Source: a virus
Direction: 5' to 3' (one strand)
Length of the DNA stretch: 43,507 nt
Virus record (IMG/VR): IMGVR_UViG_3300032157_000022
Coordinates: 1-43,507 of that record
The notes below the pieces were generated by a model. That model was not told the DNA's origin. It made no database searches and was given only the letters and a program-made list of their open reading frames with translations. This document shows, piece after piece, positions 30,463 to 39,840 of the stretch. A program made the position numbers and the translations under genes. The stretch's first letter is position 1. The number at the start of each line of letters is the position of its first letter.

Positions 30463-33021
30463 CTACTGGCCTGGTGGCCGTGGAACGTCTGGTTGATCTT
30501 CGGCGCGGCTTACGCCAGCGGCCTGAAGCGCAGGGAGTCCTCCGGACTGCTCGCCGCCGACCCGCGCAAGTCTTCGGTCGGCCGCACGCAGCGAATTGAA
30601 CAGGTTCTGGTTACGGGCAATCGTGCGAACACCCCGAAGGATGATTTGCGGATCATTGGAAACGAGCATTTCAGCAACCCGCCGGGAGAGTCGCTCATTG
30701 ACTACGTTACGGCCGCGAGCGGCGCCGTAGACCAGAGCAGCGTTGACGACGGCCCCAGGGTCGGTGAATGGATTGATACCACCACCGGAGAACCCGTAAG
30801 CGCCACCGGCAAGCCCAAGCTCGGCCAGTTGTCGCGCCGTCGTTGAGTTGCCCTGCACCGCGTTGCGCGCAAGGTCCATGATGCCTTCGACCCTAAGCCC
30901 GGCCTCCAGTTCCTCTGCACGAGCGCGTCCTAGCGCCACATTGAGCTTTTCCCGCGCAGCTGGAGATTCCGCGATCTTGTTTAGGATCGATCGGCGATCA
31001 CCAACCTGGCCTAGCGTTTCGACAAACCGGGAGACGAAGCCATCCTGAAATAGCTGCCTCTCCTGCGGTGACATCTGGGTTAGCGCGCGCCGGGCCTCGG
31101 TTGCACTCATGTTCCTTGAGACGAAATTCTGGCCTGCCTCAAGGGCATCCTCGGCCCCAAAGAAATGGGCGGCCCCGGCCCTTGCCTGTTGATAGGACGG
31201 TACAGCCGTATCAAGTTCACCGCGCAGGGTTCGCGCCAGATCACGAAGGGTAGACGCCTCCCCATTCCGCCCCGCGCGCGCTGCCGCGCCTGCGGCGTCG
31301 TCAAGTTCCTTCTTGGTTGCGTCCCAGAAGGCAAGATTTGGATAGGTCGGAACGCCATTCGGTCCCCGTGTAAACGTCACAACACCATTCTCGACGGTCA
31401 CACCTTGACGCATGGCACCAAGGCCATGCGTGATGGCGCGATCTTTCCCGGTGGTTGAAGCCCTGCGCATGGCGTCGACAACGGCAGGGCTCCCCATTAA
31501 TCGGTCAAGCTCAGGAGAGAAGATCTCGCGATCTCCAGCCCGCATGGCCTGTGTATAGTTCGCCCGATTTACCGTGCGTGCAGTCTGCTGCAACGCTTCC
31601 TGTTGCGCGGCGGCATCCGGATAATGGAACGTATTGCGTAGCCAGCCCGTGACGCGGCCGGTCTGCCCCTCGAAACGATCGTTGATCGTTCGATTTATTA
31701 CCGCGCGGCCTTCGGGCGAGGTGTTGGCCGCCGATCGGGCCAAAGCGCGCGTTTGCTCGCCGCCGATGTCCATAATCGTGGCGGGGCCGCCGCCTTGGAC
31801 GTTGGCCGCGTATTCGGGTGCCGTTAAACGCTGGGTGGCCTGTGGATCAATGCCCCTATCCCGTTCAAGCGCAGTCACCACCCGCCGGGCGGCTTCATCG
31901 TCTACGTTCCTCACACCGCGAATGGTATTGGCAATGGGCTGGGCTACCGCACGAGCGCCTCTCACAACGCCCTCGATCGCGGCGGGAGCTACACCGCCCA
32001 GCGCACCGCCGGCTGCCGCACCAACCGCGCCACGGGAAATGCTGTCTACCGCACCAACGCCCTCGCCAACGCCCGCAGCGCCCCCCAGAGCGGCTCCGAC
32101 GCCAGCGCCTGCTGCCATGCGTCCCGGCAGCGTTGCGGCCTGTCCTGCCGCTCCTATGGGCAGCAAAACCGCCCCCGCGATGTTGCCCCCGATGGATGCT
32201 ACGGGATGCTGCTCCTCGGCCGCCTTGTTGATCTCGCGTTCGCGCTTGGTAGCTTCATCGTAGCGCTTCTTGGCGTCCGCATCGCCGGACCAGTATTTGA
32301 GAGCTCCCGAGATCAGCTTTGCCAGACTGGCCGGGTCGTCCGGATTGGCGCCCGAGGCCTCGACCAACCCGCGGATTTCATCACCAAAATTAGCCGTGAA
32401 GCCCTGTGCTACGCCCCGAGCTGCAGCATCAACAGCGCCGCGGTCTCCCATCTCCATGACGAGCCGCTTAGGCCCGCCTTCCTTACCGGGCTCAAGTTTG
32501 GGAACGCCGGTTCCCGGCGCTTCCTGCGCTAGCGGAGCATCGTCCCACCAGTTTTGTTTCTTCGACGCACTAACATCAGTCGGACGCTTCTCTTCCGGGG
32601 AGTAACCCAAAGCCTTGCTGAATTTGGCGCCGTAGCCCGCGACCGTGGTTCCGAGAACGTCCTTTCGGTTCGGGTCATTCATCCCGCCTTCGCCAGCGAA
32701 CCACGCTCTAGCTGCACCTTCAGGGCCGTATTTATCGGCGTACTGGCCAAACTTGCCTTGAAATATTTTGTCCTGAATTTCAGGGCTAGCAATGAATTCC
32801 TGCGGCGTGACCTTGCGTCCAAGAATCTCCTCGGACCATGGGCCGATGTTGTTCGCCATGACTTGATACTTACCTATCGCACGGTCGCCCGTCTTTGTCG
32901 GCGGGCCGATGGCCTTGTAGTTCCCGCCGCTTTCGATTGATGAAATCGCGCCGGCATACGGTCCCGCCCCGGAAGAAGGGGCGGCCTCAGCCAGCGGTGC
33001 ATCATCCCACCAGTTTGCCAT
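30463..33021 (-). CDS. Internal virion/ejection protein with N-terminal lytic transglycosylase (SLT) domain (852 aa)
   Basis: ISSIESGGNYKAIGPPTKTGDRAIGKYQVMANNIGPW.. (catalytic-Glu ES motif, GxYQ). Long Ala/Gly-rich body. Confidence 0.75.
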   Translation of the reverse strand: MANWWDDAPLAEAAPSSGAGPYAGAISSIESGGNYKAIGPPTKTGDRAIGKYQVMANNIGPWSEEILGRKVTPQEFIASPEIQDKIFQGKFGQYADKYGPEGAARAWFAGEGGMNDPNRKDVLGTTVAGYGAKFSKALGYSPEEKRPTDVSASKKQNWWDDAPLAQEAPGTGVPKLEPGKEGGPKRLVMEMGDRGAVDAAARGVAQGFTANFGDEIRGLVEASGANPDDPASLAKLISGALKYWSGDADAKKRYDEATKREREINKAAEEQHPVASIGGNIAGAVLLPIGAAGQAATLPGRMAAGAGVGAALGGAAGVGEGVGAVDSISRGAVGAAAGGALGGVAPAAIEGVVRGARAVAQPIANTIRGVRNVDDEAARRVVTALERDRGIDPQATQRLTAPEYAANVQGGGPATIMDIGGEQTRALARSAANTSPEGRAVINRTINDRFEGQTGRVTGWLRNTFHYPDAAAQQEALQQTARTVNRANYTQAMRAGDREIFSPELDRLMGSPAVVDAMRRASTTGKDRAITHGLGAMRQGVTVENGVVTFTRGPNGVPTYPNLAFWDATKKELDDAAGAAARAGRNGEASTLRDLARTLRGELDTAVPSYQQARAGAAHFFGAEDALEAGQNFVSRNMSATEARRALTQMSPQERQLFQDGFVSRFVETLGQVGDRRSILNKIAESPAAREKLNVALGRARAEELEAGLRVEGIMDLARNAVQGNSTTARQLAELGLAGGAYGFSGGGINPFTDPGAVVNAALVYGAARGRNVVNERLSRRVAEMLVSNDPQIILRGVRTIARNQNLFNSLRAADRRLARVGGEQSGGLPALQAAGVSRAEDQPDVPRPPGQ

Positions 33022-34010
33022 CAGGGCTTAACCCGCCGGGAGCCATCGGGAGCCGTGAAGGGCGTGCCGGACGGGAGAGCGTCATATTGGGCCTTCGATA
33101 TTGGGCGGCCCGATGTAGGCGCCGAAACCGGGCGCACACCTCCATCAGGAGCAAAATTGGACTTCGGCCGATAGGATGGCCCGCCTTCCCGCCCAAGAGC
33201 CTCGATCGCAGCGCGCCGGTTGGCCTCCTTCTGCTTGATAACATCCGGCTTATCCCCTGGAACAGGGAAATATTGTTTGTCGGCACTTTCAAACTCTGTC
33301 GGCGAGATAGCCGCGCCAGATTCCCGCCGGAGCTGGGCATTGATGAAATCGCGTTTGGCCTGCTCAAACTTCTGCCGCTCATTGCTGACCAGATAGTTAC
33401 CTACAACCGGAATCTTGCTCAGGCCTGCTTGGGTAGCATTCATGCCCTGGTTCTGCACGCCCGGCGTAGTCGGCCCTTCGTACCCTTCGGGAACCGCAAC
33501 ACCAGACAAGATGCCCTCAGACTGTAGCATGCGATCAGTGAAGCCAGCGGCCTTGCCCTGCCCTTCGTTGAACTTTCCGCCAGCACTGAATGGGTTGCCC
33601 GCCGCGGCTGGAGCACTGCCGGTATTGATAGGACCCTCAACGCCTTCCGTCTTAATCCGGGTGAGTTGGCCCGTGTTAGGGTCTTCCTTGATCAGGTATT
33701 TGTCCCTGTTGAACGCCCGATCCGCGTTGGCCTGCGACCGCTGCGATTCCTGCTGGCGATAAGCAAAATCCCGCGCATCGGTCGACTGCCGGAACTTGCG
33801 ATCCTCGATCTGTCCTGCAATCTGTGAAATCCGCGCCGCGCCCTCAACATCCCCGGCCCGCGTCAGGCCAAGAATGGCCTTCTGGAAATCTACCGTTCCG
33901 TCGGGGTTGTTGATGTCGGCGAACGCCTGCTTGCGCGCGGCCTCGGTGCGCTGCTTGGCGATAGTGTCGCCCAAGCCCGACAGCATCGTGTAGAAATCGA
34001 CCTGCGCCAT
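33021..34010 (-). CDS. Internal virion/ejection protein (329 aa)
   Basis: ORF track. Position equivalent to the P22 ejection proteins. Confidence 0.5.
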   Translation of the reverse strand: MAQVDFYTMLSGLGDTIAKQRTEAARKQAFADINNPDGTVDFQKAILGLTRAGDVEGAARISQIAGQIEDRKFRQSTDARDFAYRQQESQRSQANADRAFNRDKYLIKEDPNTGQLTRIKTEGVEGPINTGSAPAAAGNPFSAGGKFNEGQGKAAGFTDRMLQSEGILSGVAVPEGYEGPTTPGVQNQGMNATQAGLSKIPVVGNYLVSNERQKFEQAKRDFINAQLRRESGAAISPTEFESADKQYFPVPGDKPDVIKQKEANRRAAIEALGREGGPSYRPKSNFAPDGGVRPVSAPTSGRPISKAQYDALPSGTPFTAPDGSRRVKP

Positions 34011-34019
34011 TCAAAGCCC

Positions 34020-34775
34020 CTAGCGATACATCGGGAATGATTGGCTGCCGACGCTAAACGTGTCGGCAACACCACCTCCACCACCGCCAAACATGCTGCT
34101 AAGCCCGCCGCCTCCGAATGCCTTGGTCGCAAGGCTGGCCCCGCCCATCAAAGCGCTCCAGAAGTTCTGACTGGACTTCTCAGCCGCCATCGTGGCTTCC
34201 GCATTGGCGTTCCCGATCCCGGTTTCGGTTCCGAAGCCGTATTTGGCCTTTTCCGAACCGATGTTTCCGGCCAAACCAGCCTGCGAGCTGTACAGACCGC
34301 CCTGCCCGGCCGCCGCGGTTGTCGCTACCCCGGCATTCCCCGAGAGCGAGGAAAGGAAATCCTTGTACTTGGTCGAGTCATAATCGCTAGCGAACTTGAT
34401 GGTATCCGCTGACAGGTTGCCGCCGCCGAGGTTGCCGCGCGCCGCGGCCCGACGCTCTAGGTCATCGATTCCCATGTCGCGCCCGGCCGAATAGCCCGGC
34501 AACGTCCTGTAGAGGTCACCAGCGCGCCCAATCCCCTCGGCTCCATTGACGCCCGTTGCGTCCAGAAACGTATCGTAGCCCTTGCTGCCCTTGGCGTAGA
34601 GGTCGGAGAACGGCACCCGCGCCTTGTCGTAGAGCCCGGACGCGGTTTCATAGCCGGCGTCTAGCGCCCCGTAGGCTTTGCCCTCGCCTGCCCGCAGCCC
34701 TGCCTCTTTTTGGCGGGCGGCCTCTTCCTCGTTGTCGGAGTTGAACGGGTCGGTAATGAGGTCAAATAGTCCCAT
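34020..34775 (-). CDS. Internal virion/ejection protein (251 aa), Gly-rich C-terminus
   Basis: ORF track, positional. Confidence 0.5.
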   Translation of the reverse strand: MGLFDLITDPFNSDNEEEAARQKEAGLRAGEGKAYGALDAGYETASGLYDKARVPFSDLYAKGSKGYDTFLDATGVNGAEGIGRAGDLYRTLPGYSAGRDMGIDDLERRAAARGNLGGGNLSADTIKFASDYDSTKYKDFLSSLSGNAGVATTAAAGQGGLYSSQAGLAGNIGSEKAKYGFGTETGIGNANAEATMAAEKSSQNFWSALMGGASLATKAFGGGGLSSMFGGGGGGVADTFSVGSQSFPMYR

Positions 34776-34924
34776 CAGGGTATCTCCAGCCGCAGAGCAC
34801 GCAACAGCGTGTCGATGCTCTTGAGGTATTCGTACCAGACTTCAGTCATCTGCCCGGTTCGAGGGTCGAACACCGGAAAGTCGCGCGGTGGCAGAAGCTT
34901 TGGAACTTGGGTTGCTGTCGCCAT
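34775..34924 (-). CDS. Micro-ORF (49 aa)
   Basis: Not in the track. TAATG and TGATG coupling. MATATQVPKLLPPRDFPVFDPRTGQMTEVWYEYLKSIDTLLRALRLEIP. Confidence 0.5.
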   Translation of the reverse strand: MATATQVPKLLPPRDFPVFDPRTGQMTEVWYEYLKSIDTLLRALRLEIP

Positions 34925-36348
34925 TATGCGTTAGCCCTCGGGTCGTCACTTTGCGTGGCAAACAGAAACCCTGCGTAGACCTCATCGGAAATATCCATCC
35001 GCCAGCGGCGCCCTAGCCATGAGGTCCGGCCAGTCTCCGCAACCAATGAGATCAGAGCAATCGGCACGCTCTGCTTACCGAGCTTCCGCTGTGCCGGAAT
35101 CGACCATGTGAGCCCGCCATCGTCAGACCACGAAATCTCAACAGTAGGATCGGTCTGATCCGGCTGTGAACCGCCGGCCTGCCCAACGCCAGTGCTGAAA
35201 TTGAAATCAGCCCGCCCAACGACGGTCCCATAGGGGAAGTCCATCACGGGGCCGCTCTCGATCCGCGCACGTAGCGGACTGTCCACCTCATCAAAAGCTG
35301 AGCTGAGGATTTGCTGCACGTTTCCGGTATCGGTATCGCCGCACAGCCATTTGTTGAAGGCGTAATAGGTCTGCGTGATACGGCTACGGGTAGCCAAGTA
35401 GCTGTCCCGCTCGTGGAATTTCTCGGTGTTCAGGTCGTAAACCCATGTCCAGGTAGCGCTTGAGATCTGGATAAACGGATGACCGCGGGAGATATAGGAA
35501 CACATCTCCAGTTCGGTCTTGTCGCTCACCGCCTCGATCAGCGCATCCAGGTCCGGCGGTGAAATCTTGACGGGCTCCGCTCCCGCATATTTAACGACCG
35601 TGTTATCGTCCGCAACCCATACCGGAACTTTCGAGAAACTGTCCTCAAAGCCGCTCACGCAATACGGCCCGGCAATTCCGCGGGGAATGACGAAGTTGCG
35701 GGCGAACGGGAACGGCGATGTTCCGGCGTTGGTCCAGACCTCCGTAGTTTCCGGCCCGAACAGCATCAGCTTATCGCCCCATGCCACGCATCGGGTCAGC
35801 CCATCTGGTTTGGCCTCGGCCTTGCCGAATGATAGCGCGTTGACCGATGTCGAGTTCAGGTCCGTGGCAAATGCCCGACCATCGCCCGTAGTAAATACGC
35901 CGTACCCGTCAATGACGGTTGTCGAGTTTACCGCCGGGAGATCGGCGTCAGGCCATGCGTTGGTGACGGTCGTCGGCGTGAACACAGCGATATCGCCGTC
36001 CGGACTGACGAACCACTTATCAGGCGTCGTGTTGTTGTTGTGGGCAAAGAACCCCTTGCTGGTCCCCGTCATGTTGCCGACGTTGACCGAAGCCCCACCG
36101 GCTGACGTCAGCTTCTCCAGCTTCCCGCTCATGCCGATATAGAGCACGCCGCCGACTTCGAGGAAGCCCCGGCAACCGCTCTGTGTCGTCGTCCCGAAAT
36201 TCACCAGCCCCGGCGCCCGTCGAATGACGAACTTGTTCGGCGCTGTCGCACCAAGGGCCTCCGCATAGCAGTTTATCAGCCGCCCAGCGCCTTCCTGTGA
36301 CCTCGACCCCGGCGCGGTAGAGGTTGGAATCGGGATTGGCTTTTTCAT
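34924..36348 (-). CDS. P22 gp10-like packaged-DNA stabilisation / tail hub protein
   Basis: 474 aa (P22 gp10 is 472 aa). Follows the gp4-like gene. ..RGIAGPYCVSGF.. parallels the P22 gp10 KGIAGTYCKTPF block. Confidence 0.6.
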   Translation of the reverse strand: MKKPIPIPTSTAPGSRSQEGAGRLINCYAEALGATAPNKFVIRRAPGLVNFGTTTQSGCRGFLEVGGVLYIGMSGKLEKLTSAGGASVNVGNMTGTSKGFFAHNNNTTPDKWFVSPDGDIAVFTPTTVTNAWPDADLPAVNSTTVIDGYGVFTTGDGRAFATDLNSTSVNALSFGKAEAKPDGLTRCVAWGDKLMLFGPETTEVWTNAGTSPFPFARNFVIPRGIAGPYCVSGFEDSFSKVPVWVADDNTVVKYAGAEPVKISPPDLDALIEAVSDKTELEMCSYISRGHPFIQISSATWTWVYDLNTEKFHERDSYLATRSRITQTYYAFNKWLCGDTDTGNVQQILSSAFDEVDSPLRARIESGPVMDFPYGTVVGRADFNFSTGVGQAGGSQPDQTDPTVEISWSDDGGLTWSIPAQRKLGKQSVPIALISLVAETGRTSWLGRRWRMDISDEVYAGFLFATQSDDPRANA

Positions 36349-36758
36349 CCGGTGGTGTAGTTGAACCGCGAGCGGCCAGCGGTAGGAATACCGGCGTCCG
36401 TCTTGAGAAATTTCCGGGTGGAGGCAGGGCGGGTCAGCGTGCGAAGATCCTGTTCAGCCTCGATCGCAAGTGCCTTGAGCTTGGTATCGGCCGGCAGGTT
36501 GAACTTTGCCGCGGCGGCGTTGGCGAGATACGCGCCCAAAGCAAGGAACGCCGAGGATTCGATTGCACCATCGGCCGGACCGATCTCGCCGGGGTCATCC
36601 ACATAATAGATGCCGAGTTCGGCCAGCCGTTCAACGACGGGATCAAAGATTGCGTCCACCTTGTTGATGACGGTTGAGGACGGGGCCTGGCCGGGCACGA
36701 TGATCCCGAGCTGGTCCAGCGCCTCGATGATCAATTCCTCGCGGGTTTTGGTGGTCAT
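36345..36758 (-). CDS. P22 gp4-like head-completion/tail adaptor protein
   Basis: MTTKTREELIIEALDQLGII... and the later AFLALGAYLANAAAAKF..ALAIEAEQDL follow the P22 gp4 pattern. Position fits. Confidence 0.55.
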   Translation of the reverse strand: MTTKTREELIIEALDQLGIIVPGQAPSSTVINKVDAIFDPVVERLAELGIYYVDDPGEIGPADGAIESSAFLALGAYLANAAAAKFNLPADTKLKALAIEAEQDLRTLTRPASTRKFLKTDAGIPTAGRSRFNYTTG

Positions 36759-37462
36759 GATACAGCCTTATGAATGTCCGGCGTAGCCGCGATCACGTCA
36801 ATTTCAGGGCTCGCGACGAAGGCCGATAGCAGCCCGCCTGACCGTTCTTTCATGCATGTTACTTCCCGGATCAGCTCGCCCAGAAATTCCGACTGCATCA
36901 TCATGTCCGGGGTCGTTAGGAACTCTTGCCCATTGCACGAGACTTGCATCAGATTGCCGACCCCTCGATTGCCGTAGGCGTGCGTGGTTTCACCGAATGA
37001 CCCCTCGCAGCCGTAGAACGTGATTTCCCGGTAACCTGCCTCGACCGCAATAGCCGGCGCTGCAGTGGCGGTAGTTGCCCCGTGCGCCACTGGCTTGACC
37101 GCGCTAATGTCGGCCCCCGCCAAGGCGTCGAACGTGTTGGGATGGCACCACGTAGCGAGAACGGCGCGGGTTGCCCCTCGGCCATACGCTGCAGACTGCG
37201 GGAGTGGATCGATCGTGAAGAATGCAGCATCAATGCCGTGTTTCAGGCACCAGCCGAAAGCCCCGTTGATCGCCCAGATTTCACCGTCGAACGCGGATAG
37301 TTCCTCCACCATGTCGGAGACGGAAGGACCGCCACCGACCACGGCGAGGCGCTGCGAGGCGGCAGGCTCCATTTTCGGGAAGCCGAGCCGCCGCGCATAG
37401 TCTTCGTTTCGCGCCAGATCAGATGCAGAAACGCAACCGTCCGACGTGAAGTCGATCTTCAC
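36755..37462 (-). CDS. DUF115 / MptE- or Maf-like (putative glycosyltransferase-type) enzyme in the head module
   Basis: LAVVGGGPSV..EIWAINGAF..KHGIDAAFFTIDP...HGATTATAAPAIAVEAGYREITFYGCEGSF follows the DUF115 block order (GxGPS, a..L...gI.pD...D, G.t...a..A...G...I.l.G.d). GTG start overlaps the upstream stop. Confidence 0.5.
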   Translation of the reverse strand: MKIDFTSDGCVSASDLARNEDYARRLGFPKMEPAASQRLAVVGGGPSVSDMVEELSAFDGEIWAINGAFGWCLKHGIDAAFFTIDPLPQSAAYGRGATRAVLATWCHPNTFDALAGADISAVKPVAHGATTATAAPAIAVEAGYREITFYGCEGSFGETTHAYGNRGVGNLMQVSCNGQEFLTTPDMMMQSEFLGELIREVTCMKERSGGLLSAFVASPEIDVIAATPDIHKAVS

Positions 37463-37674
37463 TACGGGCCGGAAGCAACGAGGCCCTTTGCGACGAGCGC
37501 GGTAATCAGCGCCCGCACTGCGGTACGCACCGTGGCAGCCGTGGCCGCGGTCGCACAGGTGATGGCCGTTGCCTGTGCCGCCACAGCCTTGCCATGAAAG
37601 CTGATGAGATCAGATGCCGACTGGCCCAAGCGGGTGCCATCCGGGCTGCCGTCCGAGAGTTCTTTGATTGCCAT
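37462..37674 (-). CDS. Small Ala/Thr-rich protein after the coat gene (70 aa)
   Basis: ORF track. MAIKELSDGSPDGTRLGQSASD..AQATAITCATAATAATVRTAV.. Confidence 0.55.
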   Translation of the reverse strand: MAIKELSDGSPDGTRLGQSASDLISFHGKAVAAQATAITCATAATAATVRTAVRALITALVAKGLVASGP

Positions 37675-37687
37675 TGTTCAGTTCTCC

Positions 37688-38944
37688 TTAGATATCGGCT
37701 GCGAGGGAGGCGCGAACCGCCAAGCGGGGATCGATGCACTTGATGCCGTAGAGCAGGTCAAGGCGCCAATTACTGACGTCGTTGGTGCCGTCATAGTAGG
37801 GGATAACGCGAACCGAATATCCCTTGTACGACTGCCGGCCGACTTCGGTCGCGCCCGGAGGCTTGACCATCGGGACCGTCACAAGAGCGAATGCGTTCTT
37901 GTGGAAGTACAGGTTCTGCGGGTATAGCGTGCCCGTGGCGCCCTGATAGGTAACGACCTTGGTGTTGATGTCGGTCACACCAGCGGCCAGAGCGACGGTC
38001 TGTTGTGCACCCGAGACGATGATCGCCGGCGTCACCTCAACCGAGGCGATGGCCGAGCCCGAGGCAGTTTCGGCGTTCTGCACCACGAACATCTTGAGGT
38101 GAGCAAGACGCTCCTTAGTGACCGGGTTGACGTCGTATACGTCGGCGATGGTCAGGGTGTCACCAGCGGCCAGCGTCACCGTTGCGCCGGACATCGAGCC
38201 GATGCTGATGGTGCTGGTGTTGGTGTCCTTGGTTGCCGCCCAGGTATCTCCGGTGAACGATGCCGAGATCGCGTCGGCGCCGACACGAGTACCCGTGGTG
38301 TGGGTCTTGGCGTTCAGCGACGTATAGGTGTCGATGCCGCCGATCATGCCCAGCTTGCGGGTGCGATAGGCCGACTTCGCGACGTCCTGCATGTACAATG
38401 CAGTCTGCGAACCCAGCAGTTTCCAGGTATCGGAAGCAGTCAGTACCGCAGCGCGGCCTTCGTCCTGCGGAACTCCGATCAGATCCATCCGTTCCGCCGC
38501 AAGGGCGAAGTCGGCGAACGAGTCGATGCCCCCAGAGGGGATGGTGACGTGGTTCGGCACCTTCTTGTAGAGCCCCAGAAGATCGCCATCGACCTTGTTG
38601 GCGAGCTGGATCATGGCCGGCTTGATGACGCGCTCGGAAAGCTCCTTGATCTGCAGGGTGAGATCCTGCGACGTGAACTTGAAGTCAACGCCGATCTGGG
38701 TATCGACGGTCAGCGAGGTCTTGCCTTCCGTCACGTCCTGGGTAGTCGCAACCGAGCCGGTACGAACCGTGAAGTCGTTCGGGCGGCGAATCGAGACCAC
38801 TTCGCCAACGGTATAACCGTTAACGTTCTTGGAGAACTCGTCTTCATAGCCGCGATAGACGAGGCTGCCCATCACGCAATCGTTTTCGAGGATCATCACC
38901 GCTTCTTTCGCGATGATATCCGCAGTCAGGGTAGTGTTCGACAT
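37688..38944 (-). CDS. Major capsid protein, P22 coat family
   Basis: 418 aa. LTADIIAKEAVMILENDCVMGSLVYRGYEDEFSK.. and the C-terminal ..WRLDLLYGIKCIDPRLAV parallel P22 gp5. Follows the scaffold gene. Confidence 0.8.
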   Translation of the reverse strand: MSNTTLTADIIAKEAVMILENDCVMGSLVYRGYEDEFSKNVNGYTVGEVVSIRRPNDFTVRTGSVATTQDVTEGKTSLTVDTQIGVDFKFTSQDLTLQIKELSERVIKPAMIQLANKVDGDLLGLYKKVPNHVTIPSGGIDSFADFALAAERMDLIGVPQDEGRAAVLTASDTWKLLGSQTALYMQDVAKSAYRTRKLGMIGGIDTYTSLNAKTHTTGTRVGADAISASFTGDTWAATKDTNTSTISIGSMSGATVTLAAGDTLTIADVYDVNPVTKERLAHLKMFVVQNAETASGSAIASVEVTPAIIVSGAQQTVALAAGVTDINTKVVTYQGATGTLYPQNLYFHKNAFALVTVPMVKPPGATEVGRQSYKGYSVRVIPYYDGTNDVSNWRLDLLYGIKCIDPRLAVRASLAADI

Positions 38945-38956
38945 TGAATTGTTTCC

Positions 38957-39781
38957 TTATCGGGGATTAAACCCCTGCGCTTTTCGCGCCGCGACATAGG
39001 TGTCCATGTCCGCCTTGGCGAGATCGATCGCAGGAGCCGCGCCCCCCTTGAGTGTGGTGGGAACGGGCGGTGCCGTGGTTTGCTTCTTGCCAGCCGGTTT
39101 CTTCACAGACGCCTCAAGCCGTCCCATCTCGCGGGCCAGCTCCATCGGGGTCATGTGATTCATCGACTGCAGGCGGTCAGGATTGCGTGCGAGTTCGTAG
39201 GCAATCAGCGCGCCGCTCTCGCTCGACTTGATCTCGCGAATGAGATCGTTCGAAACGCTGACGCCCTTCATGCCCGCCATCACCTTGTCGTAGTCGGTGA
39301 TAATCTCTCGGGCTTCCTCGACACGTTCGAGATGCTCCAGATCGCGTTCTCGCTCGGTCTCGGATCGTTTGGCCTCCATTGCGCGGGTTTCGCGGGCGGT
39401 CAGCTTGCTCTCGACGGCCTTGCCGGCCTCGAACGCTGCACGGGCGGCCACGTAAGCCGTCCAGTCGCCGTTGAAATCCTCTTCCTTCGGAGGCTTGTCG
39501 GCGTCAGCCTGATCCTCAGTCTTCCGGCTCCGGACTTCCTGAAGCTCACGCTCGCGATCCGCCAACTGGTTGAGCAGGAACGTTTCCCGGCGCTTGGCCT
39601 TTTGGGCGCCTGAGAGCCGCTTCCGCTCGGTAGCTTCACTCTCCGGCTGTTCGCTGGTTGTTTCGACCTGCGTATCGCCTTCGGGCGTCTCTGTGATCTG
39701 CTTGGTTACCTCTTCAGCAACCGGAGCAGGCGTCGTACCTTCGGCCGGCGGTGAAGCCGTCCCCTGGGTCTCGTCAGTCAT
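38957..39781 (-). CDS. Scaffolding protein
   Basis: 274 aa, highly charged and helical (E/K/R/A-rich). Lies between the portal and coat genes. Confidence 0.65.
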   Translation of the reverse strand: MTDETQGTASPPAEGTTPAPVAEEVTKQITETPEGDTQVETTSEQPESEATERKRLSGAQKAKRRETFLLNQLADRERELQEVRSRKTEDQADADKPPKEEDFNGDWTAYVAARAAFEAGKAVESKLTARETRAMEAKRSETERERDLEHLERVEEAREIITDYDKVMAGMKGVSVSNDLIREIKSSESGALIAYELARNPDRLQSMNHMTPMELAREMGRLEASVKKPAGKKQTTAPPVPTTLKGGAAPAIDLAKADMDTYVAARKAQGFNPR

Positions 39782-39793
39782 GGTTTTCTCATG

Positions 39794-39814
39794 AAAAAAC
39801 CCGCCGAAGCGGGT
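39794..39814 (-). terminator. Rho-independent terminator (UUCG tetraloop) between the 98-aa gene and the scaffold gene
   Basis: Minus strand: ACCCGC-TTCG-GCGGGT followed by TTTTTT. Confidence 0.7.
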
Positions 39815-39840
39815 GGGAAACCAGCGTCCAAGCGCCGGAA

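Noticed and set aside
31634-32263. 209-aa Ala/Pro-rich plus-strand ORF and neighbours inside the 852-aa gene
   Set aside because: These are shadow frames of an Ala/Gly-rich coding region on the minus strand.
38003-38947. 314-aa plus-strand ORF antisense to the coat gene
   Set aside because: This is the same artefact: Arg/Gly/Asp-rich shadow frame of the P22-type coat CDS.
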